From Epiperipatus broadwayi (Eukaryota > Animalia > Onychophora), in assembly GCA_028023455.1 (NCBI GenBank), contig JAQFVV010000009.1, positions 15,066,001-15,130,000 of the forward strand: a DNA stretch of 64,000 bases. The letters are read 5' to 3'. This document shows, piece by piece, positions 1 to 12,700 of this stretch. Numbering within the stretch: the first letter of the stretch is position 1; each line of letters opens with the position of its first letter. The translations under genes and the position numbers were made by a program. Below the pieces are notes generated by a model that searched no databases, was not told the DNA's origin, and worked only from the letters and a program-made list of their open reading frames with translations.

Positions 1-477
1 ATATTATTTCTGAGAAATCACTAGCAGAAGACTATGAGAAAGCTTAGTCCCCAGCCTAGAGTGGAGAAATCGCTGGGGTGATGCTTGAATCAATTGAATA
101 ATCCATTATTCACCACTGTAAATTTTTTGGTAAACATGAATCCATAAGAATAACAAAAGTGAAAAAAATGTCTATTTGGAAAAATCATTATAAAGTAATT
201 AATTTTTATTATATAGGAATGAAAATTATATTTTCGGAAAACAAAATGAAAGATAAATTGAATGACATAGGTTGTGCATACATACTGTGTATAGTTTTCA
301 TACTATCTTGGGTTGTAACTGACAATTGCTAATTTCAAAAAGAAAATGTACACTATGCACTGATGGCATAGTAATCAAAGGAATTTAGCATGAGTAGATT
401 TTTCTTCGTAAAAAGAAAAATTGCGATTTATGTTTCCTTACCTCAGATCATATATTACAAAATACATATAATATTGC

Positions 478-571
478 AATTTGTATTGGTTTGCTTAAAT
501 GTTTCGAACATAGCTAACACTCTTATTGAGTAATAGCTATGTTCCAAACATTTAAGCAAACCAATTGCAAA
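478..571. repeat. Near-perfect hairpin (32-bp arms, 17-nt loop)
   Basis: 485-516 attggtttgcttaaatgtttcgaacatagcta is the reverse complement of 534-565 with one mismatch. Confidence 0.9.
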
Positions 572-836
572 TAAGGCAAGGAAAAGGAGAATAATCTGAA
601 TACTGCACTTTGTTCTAAGTTTCTTTAATCATAATTTCAGTTTAGTGCTTCTGCTCATCACCAGAGATGTTATCTTGTCAACATTGTTTTCATTACCTTA
701 GTCCTATTTCAAATCCAGATTACGGTGATTTTGTTTGAAATGTTTTCTTATTACAGAGTATTCTACCATGGATTCAAATGTGTATCATTTATCTCCAATC
801 TTATTAATATCTTATAGTATGTCATTTGTTAAAGGC

Positions 837-839
<3 letters not shown>

Positions 840-927
<88 letters not shown>
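840..927. repeat. (TA)n microsatellite
   Basis: Uninterrupted TA run of ~88 nt; it produces the spurious YIYIYI ORF 826-1065. Confidence 0.98.
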
Positions 928-929
<2 letters not shown>

Positions 930-3237
930 CAATTGTCATAGAATTAAATGTTTGGCAAATTTATTTATGATAAACCTTAAACATTGTCTAAAAGATCAAG
1001 ATTGTGGGAAACTGCAATTATATACATTATTACTCATTTATAAAGATTTGTTGCCTAAGAGTTGACCAGGGTAGAAAAGTTAATATATATTCAATAAAAA
1101 ATTACAAAAGTATTTCAATAAATTTTAAATAACATTAATTTTTTTTTCTAGTCTTATATGTGTAGCAACAGAGGAATTCATTACAGTTTAATAAAATTAT
1201 AGATGATTCCCATATGAATACCATCAAAAGTGGGGGAATAGAGATTCTGCTTATTCTATAGCTACTAGTAATTAAAATAATAATTGGTAATAAAATATAT
1301 TGATGTAGATTATAATAGATATTCTTTTAATTTGGATGTATGATTGTGTTTTATCTATGCTTTTCTAAGATAAGCATCTATCTCAAAAATTTGTTCATAT
1401 TTTAGCTTTATTACTAAAATAAAAAATTACAGCAATTCTATAAGTTCTATTAGACTTTATTTAATTGTCAAATGATTTATCCTTCATTACATAATCATGA
1501 CCAAATATGTAAGTGATCAATCATAATATACATATTAATCAGTATATCTATTTTTTTTTTTTAAAAAAAATTGGTCAGTATAAGCATTTTCATTGGCTAA
1601 TAACACCACATTTACCAAAAGCTTTTATTTTTTTTGTGTACTGTAAATAATTTTGAATATATTTTCATTTCAACAATTATCAACAACAGTGTAAAATCCA
1701 AAGTAATGAGTTATTAAATCAATCAGAAATGAATTTTGTTTATAAATGATCATTAATTTCTAGAATAAAATGATAATATAAAGTTGTTTAGACTATGTTA
1801 TTTAATACATTTATTTTATAGTTATTCAAAAATGCATCAATCAATCATGTACTATTCTATTCTGAGATTTATCATTAGGCCCTTCTTTATACTTAGCAAT
1901 TTGTCATTAAAGAATAAAAACAAAAAACTTTTCAAACTCTGGAAATAAATGTTAAACCAATAAATTATCAGTGTTGAACTCCAATATCAACTGAAACATA
2001 CAAATCTACCAAGATATGCATATCTGAAACATAGATATATGTATAGATACAAAAACTTAAAAAAAGACAAAATAGCTTGATCTAGCCTTCTATTATATTT
2101 TCTTTGTTTAATTTGTAAAAATTATGAATCTGAAATAATATTTTATAATATGTTGGTATATAAACATTAATATCCAGTTGTAAAAACAAGTAAACTTATG
2201 TTTAAAAATTATTTCACATTTGCATTGAAATAAGAATGATCACAATTTATTGCATTACAGTAACTTTTGGAATAATATATATCTATGTAATGTAATTTAT
2301 TAGTAGAAATTATATATTAACTACGCTATTACTCTATAAATCAATAAATATTTGATGTCTATTTGTACTAAAAATGATTCACTCTTCATTAAATGATCAT
2401 TACCAAATACATATTGGTCAATGTGAATATGTATGTCAGTCAACAAATCTCATATTTTCTTAAAATTATGATAGTAATATCCCCATTCCAGTGATAGTGG
2501 TCGCAATAAATAAATTCAATGACAATTAAGCAACATACAATTATATTTTTGACTAATTAATTGATCTTCTAATAAAAAATATTGGATTTATACTATTTCA
2601 CTCCAAGGAAACTTTCAATAAGCTGTTTAAGCCTATGATTTGAAAATTCAAACAGGCCAACTACTTTATATAGCTATATTATTACTAGTCCAGCAATTAT
2701 ATATTTTAGTTTCTTCATGTATAAGCTGACTGCAGAAATATGTTAAAAATATATAAATAATCAATAACTTCTTCATTAGTTTATACTTAACAACTATATA
2801 TAAATTAAAATTATTATCTTTATTACACAATATATATATATATTTAACAGTTTATATCTACTTTTCAAGTAGAAGAAAATTAATTACGGTAGGCATATTT
2901 TGAAATTCAAAGATTTGGTAAATTATCCCCAAAATTGACGTTTTTCTTAATAATGGCATTTTTGTTAATTATGATACACTGAAACTTCTTTATATGTAAG
3001 AAACTGGGTATTAGTAATAAAACATTTTTAAATGTATTGATTTTATTAATATATTGTATTTCTTCAATCCAAACTGAACGTAAATAAAAGTATATCCAAT
3101 CATATAGAAATTTTTCAGTTTATACCATTCACTAAAATGATTTCTCATATGCATATAACACATGCAAATTGTTTAATATTTTTCAAATTTCAATTGTTCA
3201 TCAGTGTTTCTCATAACTTTATATACATTAATGCATA

Positions 3238-3286
3238 AAGTATTACATCATTACACACACACACACACACAAAGTATTACATCATT

Positions 3287-3324
<38 letters not shown>

Positions 3325-3325
3325 T
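3238..3325. repeat. Tandem duplication of aagtattacatcatt(ac)n followed by (TA)n
   Basis: The unit aagtattacatcattacacacac... occurs twice in tandem. Confidence 0.85.
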
Positions 3326-3400
3326 AAGTCTAATATTCTAATGGATAAATGATGATTTTAAGCTATTATTTTTCAGGAGATTCTGTGGAAAAAATAAAAT

Positions 3401-3442
3401 AGCTGACATTTCAGAACAATAACAAGTACTTTCAGCAGAACT
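3401..3442 (-). ncRNA. Degenerate hammerhead motif, inverted-arm copy
   Basis: Minus strand AGTT CTGCTGA A AGTAC-ttgttatt-GTTCT GAAA TG TC^AGCT; A6 is mutated to C. The consensus with the 4008 copy is CTGATGA. Confidence 0.68.
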
Positions 3443-4007
3443 TTTTTTTTTATCATAAGGATGTATGTGGGATTTAAAATCTTTATGTTTTCCTTTTATT
3501 ATTTCTTTCTTATACTCAATTTCTATTAATTAAAAAGTTTTAAAAAATATCCTAGCTTTTTTGAAATAGCATTTATTTTCTCCAATTCACACTTCTCATT
3601 TATGCTCATATTTTAAAAATCTCGATAGCTTCCCTTAGTAGTCTCTGGTCATATTGTTCAATTTTCACCGGAATGTATTTTATTAAAATTGATCTCATAA
3701 TTGGTTAATTTTGACAGTCAAAGAAAAATCCAATTCATCATTCATTTATCACACATAAAATTAACTAACATTGAGATCAATTTTAATAAAACACATATTC
3801 TGGCAAAAAATGAACAATATGATGAGAGACTGCTAAAAGAAGCTATAGAGATTTTTAGAGAAAATAAACAATATTTGGAAAAGGCTATTGGACTATAGAA
3901 TATTTTTTAAAACTTCTCAATCAATAGAATTTGAGTAAGAGGAGGGAATAACAAAAAAAAAAGTAATGATTTTAAATATTACACACATTCTTATGACTTG
4001 AGAAAGA

Positions 4008-4048
4008 AGCTCTGAGGAAAGTACTTGTTATTGTACTGAAATGTCAGT
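4008..4048 (+). ncRNA. Minimal type-I hammerhead ribozyme motif (PLE type), intact core
   Basis: AGCT CTGAGGA A AGTAC-ttgttatt-GTACT GAAA TG TC^AGT: CUGANGA and GAAA core, 5-bp stem II, UC cleavage site after 4045, 3-bp stem I. Stem III TG is probably a decayed CG. Confidence 0.78.
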
Positions 4049-7000
4049 AATTTTATTTTTAGCACACATAATCTCCTGAAAATAGTACTATAAAATCATA
4101 TCTATACACTAGAGACACATCAAAATTTTCTATATATTGTACCAACTGAAATTTGGTGTAATTTCAGTATTTAAGATGAGATAAAGCAAAAAAAAAAATT
4201 TTTTTTTTTTAATTTTCTCAATAGTTTTAATAAGTAATGCATTAATCTTTAAGTTCTGAAATGATTGCTATGATGATAAAACATTAAAGCAAATAATGTG
4301 TTATTATTGCTACATAAATTAACAAATTAATCCTATTTATTTAAGATACACATGCAAATAATAAAATTTTGTAATCTTAATAAAATTATTATTGTTTCTT
4401 CATTCTATGTATTTTCATTTACTACATTCATGATTCATCAATTATAAACATTTCAAATATTTAATGTTCCAAGTGGGTATGTTTATGTTATGTATGTGAT
4501 ATTTAAATTGGAATAAAATATATATTTCCAATGCAATGTAAAAAATGCAGTTGAAATTGTTTTGGTTTGTATTAAGATAAAAGTGTGTTGTGTTTATAAA
4601 GTGTAAATAATATTTTTATATATAATCATTACGAAATATTTTAATTATTATTGTAAAAGAAATTTTAGTTTTGGAATCCAAGATGAATTTAATATTAGAG
4701 TAAAGAATAAGCGTAACTTTGGTTTTTGATGATGATTATGATATTACTTATGCAAGGTTACAAGTAAGACTGAATGATTTGAATTCATTCTCCTGACTTT
4801 CATTAAAGCAAATCCAAATTCGTTTATTATTGTATTTTTATTTTATAAGTATCTGCTTAAAAATATGAATTAATGAAGTAGAAAGGATTGCATTTTGCCA
4901 GAAAACCAGGCTGGTTTCCTAAATACTTATTAAAAGAAGAAGGAAGGTAATTTATATCATTCAAATTCATCTTAATATTTCTCTGCTGAGGGAGTATTGA
5001 CATGTATAAACAAAATGTTTTAATTATAAAACATTAAAATCGATAATATATTTCTATGTATTCCTAACTATAGATATTTTATAATATTGATGGAGAATTT
5101 TAACATAGGATTTGAATAAATTTATTTCTATATCACATAAGTCATAAATGGAGACCAGTGTCTGCTTATTTATAATGCTATCATATGTTAATGTTTACAA
5201 TATAAAGGATATAAAAAAAATGATACTTCAATAATACCAGAATTTGACAAATATACTTTATTGTGGATAACTGTAATATATCTTACCTTGTTTGGATTAG
5301 TGGATGTCATTGAATTATTTGAAGCTCATGGAATAGACATTTGACTGCGTTTCTTGGAATACATACATAAAAGGACCGTGTTCAGGTTGTATATTAAATC
5401 CTTCACAAAAGTAATCTGTGATAGTGCTATCATATTTGACATTTTAGGCAGTGCAATGGTGCTACAGTCGCTACTTTTCTATGTTGTTTCAAAATGTATA
5501 AAAAATACGCTGTGTGACAGACTGCAGCGATTCTTTCTATGAGCTTCCATTCTTAATGTATATTTTTTAAAAATTCCAAGAGATGTATCTTTGTCTGTGA
5601 TTGACAGCACATTCTATTGTTCTGATAAAGCTAAGAAGGAGGTAGCAATTTGTGATTGGCTGTTGCTTTAGATTCTTTCCTCCTGCAGTTAAATGCCATA
5701 AAAATGTGATTTTCAGTAATTGTTGATTACGAATCAATATTTTTGTAAAAGACATTATTAAACCAAAAAACTACACTACTAAGGGAGGGGGGGGGGCTGT
5801 CTTTGAAAACATTTTATTTTTAAAAAGCCAGCTCTTAGAAAGTACAGAAAGTGCATTATGAGAAACAGAAATTGGTACAGAAAGTTATTACAGGCTAAAC
5901 AGAAAATCATTTTTGTAAAAATTGTAAGTGGAATATTTTAATAACAATTAATAATTTTTAAATTTTAGAATTTTTTTTTGTTTCCTTGATGACAACTAAT
6001 CCAAAATATCATTTTTTTAGTAACATAAAATTTTAATATTTCATTCTTCTAACTTTTTGAATAGGTATTGTGAAGCCAGTAATGATGTGTTCCTTTATTA
6101 TTGGTAAGATTTTTAGTTACTCATTTTCACAATTTTAAAATATATTTCTATTTTAATTATCAGAAGGCTTAAAAATGTATAATGTAGTATATAAATTAAT
6201 TTTGTAATATACGTAAAAAAAGATGTAATTGCACACACACACACACACACAAATAGAATATGGCATCATATTAAAAATATTAGTCGCTCGAGTCTATTCG
6301 AAAATTTTTAGGATGGAGTTGATTAATACTGATGTAATTAATGTGTTTTATTTATATTTTTATTTGCATTATATTTTATTAACATTATCGATTACTATAT
6401 TATAAGTTAGTTAATCGTTTGTTTATATATGTGAAATAGAAGAAAATCAAATTTAGTTTAAATTTATATTTTAAATTTTGACGGTTAAAATTCTAATTTG
6501 AAATATCATATCTTTATTTGTTGACTGTAAATTATTTTAATATACATCTTGTCAGTATTGAAGATTGAAATGATTGTATTTCAATAATCATTTGATATTA
6601 TATTTTAAAAATATATTGTGAATTATATAATTACCATATTTTTCTTGTATTTTAAATTGTATGTGTGAGCAGCAACATTTTTGTCTTATATAAATTTTAA
6701 ATATATAATAAACATTAAAATAGACGAATTTTTGCAGTATAAGTACCTATTTTTACAAATATTAATTTAAATGGATATATTTCATGATATTTAATTAAAG
6801 GGTATGCCACAAACATTTATTAATTTGTCATTTTTATATTTGTTAATAAATATTAATTCAATTGAACAAATAAACTTCCTTTCGTTGTTATTTCAGTTAT
6901 TAATGCAAATCTATTAACTAATAAAATTTTAATACATAGTGGCTATGTCTTGATTTACATTTTATAACAAACATAAAGTAGTTCCAGAATCACACGATTG

Positions 7001-8296
7001 GATTGGTAAATGTATATATTATTATTATGTATTGCATTCTTTCTTATAAATTCAATATATTATTATTATTTGAGCTAGATTTACATTTTATATGATAATA
7101 AATTAATTAATTTATTATAGCTAGATGTTTAATAAATAATTAGAAAATCCCCATAATTACTTTAATAGTTATTTCAGATAAAAACTCTATATTCGAACTA
7201 GTTTGAGTTTATAAAGTATGAGGACTTTAACTAATTAAAGTAAACAGAGGCAATTATAATTGGATGTTATTGTATTATTTAAAACTATTATTTATTGGAT
7301 GTGTTACAATAACTTATTATTTAATTAGAAGAATGGTAATTTTATGTTGTCATAAAATTAATAATTGTAAATGCAATGAAACTGATATTTTAATCACATT
7401 AATTAGAACGATTTAGTTTATTTAAATTTGAAGTTTATCGATATATTTATATTTAATTAGATATTAAGTTTTTAATATTCATATCTATTTAAAAGAGTAC
7501 TAATAATTCTAGGCATATATGGTACTTCTAATTTATAGTTTACGTCTAAGTTTTTATTGATTTGAAGAATAACTTATTGTAATTTGCTAATCATATTTTT
7601 AGGGGTATTAAATAAAAAATCTTTCATTTATTTGATGTGGTTACGATTTGAGTACCATAATTTGTAGGATTATTTAAAGTATTGTTTTTTTTTAATTATT
7701 TTATAACATTATGTGCTGTAACTTGTGAGATATATCACATAAATTGATCTTGTATATACTGTTTTTGTTATACTTTTAGCATTGTAAATATTTTATCCCA
7801 TAATAATTTGGTGACTCAATTTACAGATTGATCAATGTTTAGGCTAGGTTTATTCCATTACAATTTGATTCCTAAGTTTGTGAGGCATTTAAAGAGAAAA
7901 TTTTATACATTTTATTAATTATAAGTTAATATGCATAAATTTGTAGGATAACAAAACCTCTTATCATCATTCTCATTTGTATTACCATTTTATTGATGCT
8001 AAAAATGTATAAGGTATTTAGAGAGAATTACATATGTTGTGATAGTTATAGGCTAACATACACAAGTTTGTAGATTATAATGAAGTTTTTATCATTAACA
8101 ATGTGTATTTTTGTATCATTACAATTTGACATCTCTTATTGAAGGCTTGATTGTGGGCTAGTCAGCAAATCTTGCACACATTATCATTACCATATTTCAT
8201 TACAATAGGCATTGCAATTCATATTGCTTTATCAAACTAGGTTAATTTCCTTAATGAGCATTATTAGTCCATTACAATATATAAAAACAACCATTA

Positions 8297-9135
8297 CATT
8301 CTGATTATTTATCAAGCACACAGTAAGTCTGTAATTAGAAAGAGAAAGGCTTTAACCTTTTTTTTTCTTATATACCTTAAGTGTTTGTATAATAACCAAA
8401 TGATGTGTTTTGACTATAGAGGGACCTCTCAAACCTCAGCACAAGATAGGGAGTTTGTAAAGATAAGAGAAGCCATTTTTTTAACCTAAATTCTTAATTA
8501 TATAGGTCAATCTGAGGCATTTTGACTTCAGATTGTGAAAATATTATTCTCTTCACATCAAAATCCACTATTTCCTTTCACAAATTAACTTACATGAAAT
8601 CTTGCGATTTACAAGTTAATTTTAAAATCTTTTTAATGAAAATATAGAAACTAATGCAACATTCTGATTATTTATCAAGCACACAGTAAGTCTGTAATTA
8701 GAAAGAGAAAGGCTTTACCCTCTATAGTCAAAAATACTACATCATTTGGCTATTATACAAACATTTAAGGTGCATGTAAAAAAAAAGATTAAAGCCCGTT
8801 TCTAAATTTACTGTGCATCAGTTTTTATATTTCCATTAAAAGATCTTAATATTAACTCGTAAATTGCAAGATTTTGCACAAGTTGTGAAAGGAAATAGTG
8901 GATTTAAATGTGAGAAGAGTAATATCTTCATGCTCTCAAATCAAGATGTTTCAAATTGACCTATATAATTAAGAATTTAGGTTAAAGATAAGATGGTTGC
9001 TCTTATCTTTATAAAGTCCCTATTTATGTTGAGGTTTGAAAGGTTCCTCTATAGTTTAAAAAAGTGCATTGTTTGGCTATTATACAAATGTTTAAGGCAC
9101 ATGTGGAAAAAAAAAGGTTAAAGCCTTTATCTTTC
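8297..9135. repeat. ~360-bp repeat unit in tandem and inverted arrangement (foldback)
   Basis: A 60-bp direct repeat acattctgattatttatcaagcacacag...aggcttta occurs at ~8297 and ~8660. 8345-8655 is inverted at ~8800-9135 (e.g. ttaacctaaattcttaattatatagg vs cctatataattaagaatttaggttaa). An extra inverted partial unit lies at 8720-8800. Confidence 0.85.
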
Positions 9136-9405
9136 CTAACTATTAATTAACATTATTTCATTGCAATTAGTTCAACTTAATATCTTAAAAATCATTTTTA
9201 TATTAAGTAAACTATAACAATATGTAATCTATATAGAAATAATATCAGTTTAATTATTTTTTTAAACTTATGTTTAACAATAAACATATGGTTTTCATTT
9301 ATTTTATTTCTATTAGTCTTCGTTATAAATTAATTTACATCTTGTTTCTAATTTATTTTTTAAACTCTGCTTATTTTCTATTAAAATTCTTCCATGTTTT
9401 ATTTT

Positions 9406-9764
9406 ATTAACAAATGCACAATCCTCTCCTTTTTTCTTTCTAAATATTTTATTTTCTTATATTAATAATGATCACATATATATATTATACAAACTCCAAC
9501 TGTTATATATTCTAATTTTCAAAGATTTCTCCTTCCTCTACTTTTTGTTATTACTCTTCCTTCTTTACATTATTTAATTTGTATGTAAAGAAGGAAAAGT
9601 AATAATAAAAAGTAGAGGAAGGAGAAATCCTTGAAAATGGATGTAAGAATATATAACAGTTGAAACGTTGGAGTTTGTATAATGTAAATATCTATATGTT
9701 CATTATTAATATAAGAAAATAAAGTTTTTGGAAAGAAAAACAGAGAGGATTGTGCATTTGTTAA
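9406..9764. mobile_element. Long hairpin (~165-bp arms, ~12-nt loop), probable inverted pair of PLE terminal repeats
   Basis: taacaaatgcacaatcctctc...tctttacat is mirrored by atgtaaagaagg...gagaggattgtgcatttgtta. The right arm carries the HHR-like motif TCC TTGAAAA...ACAGTT GAAA CG TT GGA (9628-9672). The hairpin is certain; the PLE origin is inferred. Confidence 0.7.
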
Positions 9765-12700
9765 TATTATTGGAGAACACATATATTTGAAAAGAAAAAG
9801 GGATTGTATATTTGTGTTATAATATATGGTATTTTATTTTACTATTAATTTATCAATTTTTTTTTTATTAAAATAAATTAAAATTTATTAGATACAATTG
9901 AACGAGTTTATCTATACATAGCTATATTCTTTTTACACTATTGCAAGGCATTCACTCTGTAGAGCTTGCTGTGGTCTGAGACTGGGGCCATTGCCCTCCT
10001 TCACTCCTCCGGGTGATCCTAGTCCAGGTTTCATGAAAAAGCCAGTCTGGAGCCAGCAATCTATCTCTGTTTCTGAGCCACTTGAGTAATTTGATATAGA
10101 TGTTGCAGACACCATGATTAGTATTTTCAAATATATATTTGCATCTGAATAGCCAAATTGCAAAGGTTAGAATAATGGCGATTCTGATTTTCGAGAATAT
10201 GCCACTCTTTATAGCCTTCTGAATGACTAAAACTTCTCTAATTTATCAATTTAAATTATTACTTTTTAATTAAAAACAAAATTTAAAATCCAAAAATCAA
10301 AACAACCAATTTTCTTTCCAAATGCAATCAAATTTTTTAATTCATAAATATTTTTTCGTTATATAGTATTCTTCTTTTCAAATCCTTATTTTATTAAACT
10401 TATGACAAATATTTTCAATAAATTACCAATATTTTGTCTATTTTTCTATTGACATTGTGCTACAATATATACAAAATGAAAATATAAACCCCATGAAAAT
10501 GACTTATTTACACTTGAGTAAAATGTTGCTTATTAATGTAGTATTTAGGCACTTTATTATAATTTAATATTAATAAAAAAATTATACAATTAATAATTCA
10601 AATATATATACAACTAATTGACCTATAAGTTACTGCTCCAATCTTTATTCATAGATTGTCTAAACTTCTTTACAAGATGTGTAATCTCTATCATTTTTTA
10701 TTACTAATAAAATACACTTTTATATTAGTCTTAAAATTTATTTTATTATTATGAATAAATATAGGAGACTTTTGATCTATTCTATATATTTTAAGATCCT
10801 GTTTTAATTGCATTATTTCTCTCTTCAGTATATTTATTTATATTGTGATAGTAACAATATATTTTATATACTCAATTTATCTTATCTTTATTTTAATATA
10901 TATTAAATTGCTGTATATATATTTATTTACATATTATATTACTTTTAAATCTATATATTTATTGCTGTTATTAATTTTTATTTTATTCTTCTATTTCTCA
11001 TTTTTATTGGATAATAATTATTCTGAAATTCTTATATCATTTTTTAAAATATTCATTATTCTGAAATAATTCAAATTACTAATTTTATATTTGAAAACAA
11101 GTATTTCTAATATTATTTTTATTACTTTTTTAAAAAAACATATACTATCATTTCTCTACTGCTTTCTTTAGTTATAGTTTTATTAATTTGTATACCTAAG
11201 CTTTTTTTTTTTCTTTTGTAAATTTTATTTTATTAATATTTATAAAAGTTAAAGTTGCTTTCGATTTTTATTGAATGTTGATATTCATTTTTTTATTAAT
11301 ATAATTCATTTTTTTTACTCATTATAATTATGTGTACATAGTATTATTTCTGTTAGATTTAAGATTACATTTAATGTTGAACCAAATATTTGTTCAAATA
11401 AACAATTTTAGCATGGAAACCAAATCTGTAAATTATTAAATCCTATTAGAAGTTGTAATTTGTTTCTTGAAAATGTTGCTAACAATAACTTTGTAAAATA
11501 AAATGTTTAATATAGAATTTACTAAATAATAAAAGGCATTGCTGAATTACTTCTTAATATTTCATATAAAATTTTCTGAATTATTTTATAAATAAACAAG
11601 GTTAAAAAAAAATTCAAAATTTTATTTTTCAAGTTTTATATGCAATTTTATTTCTTGATCCATTCATAGAAATTCTTATATTGATAATGACTTTTCCGAA
11701 ACCCATAAAATAAAGATTAATCTTCATTTTTTCTAAATTCTATTGGATGAAAAAAAAAAACATCTTTAATCCATTTTACATCAATATCTTCATCAAAATT
11801 ACATTTTTCAGTATAAATTATGAGATATCTGTTTATAATTTTGTTTTAAAATTTCAATCTTTGAAGATATGAAAACAATGGCAGTAATGCATGTTTCACA
11901 ATTTGGAAATGTTTTTTAATTTCTTGTTAATTATTTGAACTAAATATCTGGAAAGTTCTACTTACTTAAAAAAATTTAGCTACTAAAAAAAAAATTTTTT
12001 TTTTTTGTTTCACTAAGAGTCAAATGCCAAATCAAGATATAGCCAAATAAATGTTCTAATCACTATATCCCTTATCATAAATTGACAAAAATAAAACAGG
12101 CCTTGTATAATCTGTTAGCCTCTGTACCTTGAACAGGAAAATTTTTCAATTAAGTGAATGCTTTGACTAATTCTGAATATTTTCCTTTAGCCATCTAGTA
12201 TTGCTTGGCAGATAAAAATTTTATTTTTAGTTGAAATTTCATAGCAACATGACAGAGCAAATGGTAATAAATTAAACTCATATTTATTGCCTATCTGCTT
12301 CTTAAAAGTCTAACAAAATATCCTTATTCAGAGAAATAGTGAAGATATAATCACATTAATCATTGCCAATTGATGAGAAAATTTTTAATTATTTTATTTT
12401 TTAATTAAGAATAGCTAAATATCCAGTCATCAACTGCATTATTATGTGTATTGGCTATGGACCAACTTTTTGAAAAAAAAGTCTTAGTTTGATTAAAAAT
12501 CCTCAGATATTTGAAAATATTTCCTAGTTTTATTCAGATCATGATATAGCATGTAGATCTGCTAAATAAAAAAATTGCTTGATGGGGAATATATTGTAAA
12601 GAAATTGGATTGAAAATATTTTTAGAAATCAGGGAATAATAGAAGTTCTATTTGAAGAAACTGTGAAAGAAAGAAGAGGGAAAAAATGAAATAAACAATT

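Larger units (their letters stand above)
3368..4085 (+). mobile_element. Penelope-like element 3' end (GIY-YIG C-terminus + terminal repeat) with inverted partial copy
   Basis: ORF 3701-3898 contains EINFNKTHILAKNEQYDERLLKEAIEI, resembling the PLE GIY-YIG C-terminus (FxxTxILxxExxxxxRLIxEAIEI). 3368-3697 is a diverged reverse complement of 3773-4085, and both arms end in an HHR motif. Confidence 0.82.

Noticed and set aside
641-781. Plus-strand exon-like pieces (CFCSSPEMLSCQHCFHYLSPISNPDY; EYSTMDSN)
   Set aside because: Joining them needs a ~32-nt intron, and I recognise no homology.
826-1065. 79-aa ORF with YIYIYI repeat
   Set aside because: Translation of a TA microsatellite.
3185-3205. 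CTGATGA...GAAA on the minus strand
   Set aside because: No stem II or stem I can form.
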